In this document: one piece after another, positions 62,932-64,000 of the stretch
Position numbering within the stretch: the stretch's first letter is position 1
Layout of the letters: each line of letters opens with the position of its first letter
From: Desulfatiglandales bacterium
GTDB lineage: Bacteria > Desulfobacterota > DSM-4660 > Desulfatiglandales > Desulfatiglandaceae
Assembly (NCBI GenBank): GCA_963666345.1
Contig: OY762721.1
Location: forward strand, 160,001-224,000
Length of the DNA stretch: 64,000 bases
Direction: 5' to 3'
Translations under genes and position numbers: made by a program
The notes under the pieces: generated by a model
Told to the model about the DNA's origin: nothing
Database searches by the model: none
Seen by the model: the letters and a program-made list of their open reading frames with translations, nothing else

Positions 62932-63972
62932 ATGAAGCAGCAAAGTGTGGGAATCACGATAACTCAGCACATCCTTAATCAGCAAAGGAAAAACCCGGAG
63001 GCAACAGGGGCCTTTACAACTCTTATTTCTGAGCTGATTGTGGCTGCCAAGGTTATCTCACGAGAGGTAAACAAGGCGGGGCTGGTTGATATACTCGGAC
63101 CGACGGGAAAAATAAACATCCAGGATGAGCAGGTGCAGAAACTGGATATCTTTGCCAATCAGGTAATGATTGAAAGGATGCAGCACATCGGCGAGCTCTG
63201 GTGCATGGGTTCCGAGGAAGACCCCGATCTCATCGAAATCCCCTCCAGGTATCCTAAAGGCGAATACATCCTGGTGTTTGACCCGCTGGACGGTTCCTCA
63301 AACATAGATGTAGACGTCAGCATCGGGACGATCTTCGGGATCTACAGGAAAAAGGAGAATAACGATTCCGGAGAACCGCTTCTCGAGGATGTGCTTCAAC
63401 CCGGTATTGAGCAGGTAGCCGCCGGCTATTTCATATACGGATCAAGCACTATAATGGTTTACACCACCGGAAAGGGAAACGGAGTGCATGGTTTCACCCT
63501 TTTCCCCGATGTGGGAGAATTTCTGCTTTCACACGAAGATATCAAGATACCTGAAAGGGGAAGGATCTACAGTGTAAACGAGGGAAATTACGCCCACTGG
63601 GATGAAAAGACAAAGGCACTCATTCAATATTTCAAGACCAAGGACAAGGAAACCAGCAGGCCCTACTCATCCCGTTACGTAGGCAGCCTGGTAGCGGACT
63701 TTCACAGGAACCTCCTCAAGGGAGGCATATTCATGTACCCGGCCGATCTGAAGGACCCCAAAAAGCCGACAGGAAAACTGAGGCTCATGGTTGAGGCAAA
63801 CCCGCTTGCCTTTATCGTTGAGGAGGCCGGTGGATATGCCAGCGACGGCCATGGCCCCATACTGGAAATAGAGCCTTCGCAGCTTCATCAGAGGGTCCCC
63901 TTGTATATCGGAAGCAAAAAGGACGTGGAAGTGGCGGAATCCTTCATAGGCGGCGGAAAACAGCCTATTTGA
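62932..63972 (+). CDS. fbp: Fructose-1,6-bisphosphatase class 1
   Basis: VQKLD, SEE, FDPLDGSSNID, NEGN, RYVGSLVADFHR and GKLRL..E.NP. Confidence 0.96.
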   Translation: MKQQSVGITITQHILNQQRKNPEATGAFTTLISELIVAAKVISREVNKAGLVDILGPTGKINIQDEQVQKLDIFANQVMIERMQHIGELWCMGSEEDPDLIEIPSRYPKGEYILVFDPLDGSSNIDVDVSIGTIFGIYRKKENNDSGEPLLEDVLQPGIEQVAAGYFIYGSSTIMVYTTGKGNGVHGFTLFPDVGEFLLSHEDIKIPERGRIYSVNEGNYAHWDEKTKALIQYFKTKDKETSRPYSSRYVGSLVADFHRNLLKGGIFMYPADLKDPKKPTGKLRLMVEANPLAFIVEEAGGYASDGHGPILEIEPSQLHQRVPLYIGSKKDVEVAESFIGGGKQPI

Positions 63973-64000
63973 CGGAATAGAACATCATTTCATTGAGCTC

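Noticed and set aside
1..64000. CRISPR arrays, rRNA, and the many antisense/shadow ORFs in the track
   Set aside because: No regularly spaced 25-40 nt repeats or rRNA signatures were seen by eye. The short ORFs nested in or antisense to well-supported genes lack RBSs and motifs.

Overview
A 64 kb stretch of bacterial chromosome. Gene content (RdgC-like pair, DHH-CBS tRNA nucleotidyltransferase, iorAB, CooT, tRNA-Sec, hemerythrin fusion) points to an anaerobic Desulfobacterota/deltaproteobacterial organism; this is inference, not a database result. It is mostly housekeeping and metabolic. There is a divergent purine-salvage cluster (PHP, split phosphotransferase/P-loop pair, ade, nadK | PNP, MtaD-like deaminase), then an ATP-grasp gene, an unusually large class A PBP with a coupled lipoprotein, PfkB kinase, yqeB and cooT. 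Next come an MBL-cNMP-hemerythrin fusion, typA, two MFS transporters, arfB, Usp, acyl-CoA dehydrogenase, an RdgC-like pair and prfC. A GntR-led catabolic operon (aryl-CoA ligase, TAXI-TRAP transporter, Zn-ADH, 3-hydroxyacyl-CoA DH) follows, then rpoZ-dnaJ-dksA, scpAB-rluB, tRNA-Val and DUF47-PiT. The right end holds a Rab-like GTPase/HD-GYP/HD module, cobB, asd, tRNA-Sec, a GC-rich frhB-like-iorA-iorB operon, an AI-2E transporter, a response regulator and fbp. I saw no CRISPR array, prophage, transposase or rRNA. The best leads for undescribed biology are: (1) a roughly 170 nt structured RNA with its own promoter and terminator upstream of cooT; (2) the Rab-like GTPase/HD-GYP/HD module; (3) the insertion-bearing class A PBP plus lipoprotein; (4) the FrhB-like/IorAB operon next to selC; (5) the hemerythrin/cNMP-gated MBL hydrolase; (6) several small ORFs missed by the ORF track. 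All product calls come from motif recognition by eye; no searches were run.
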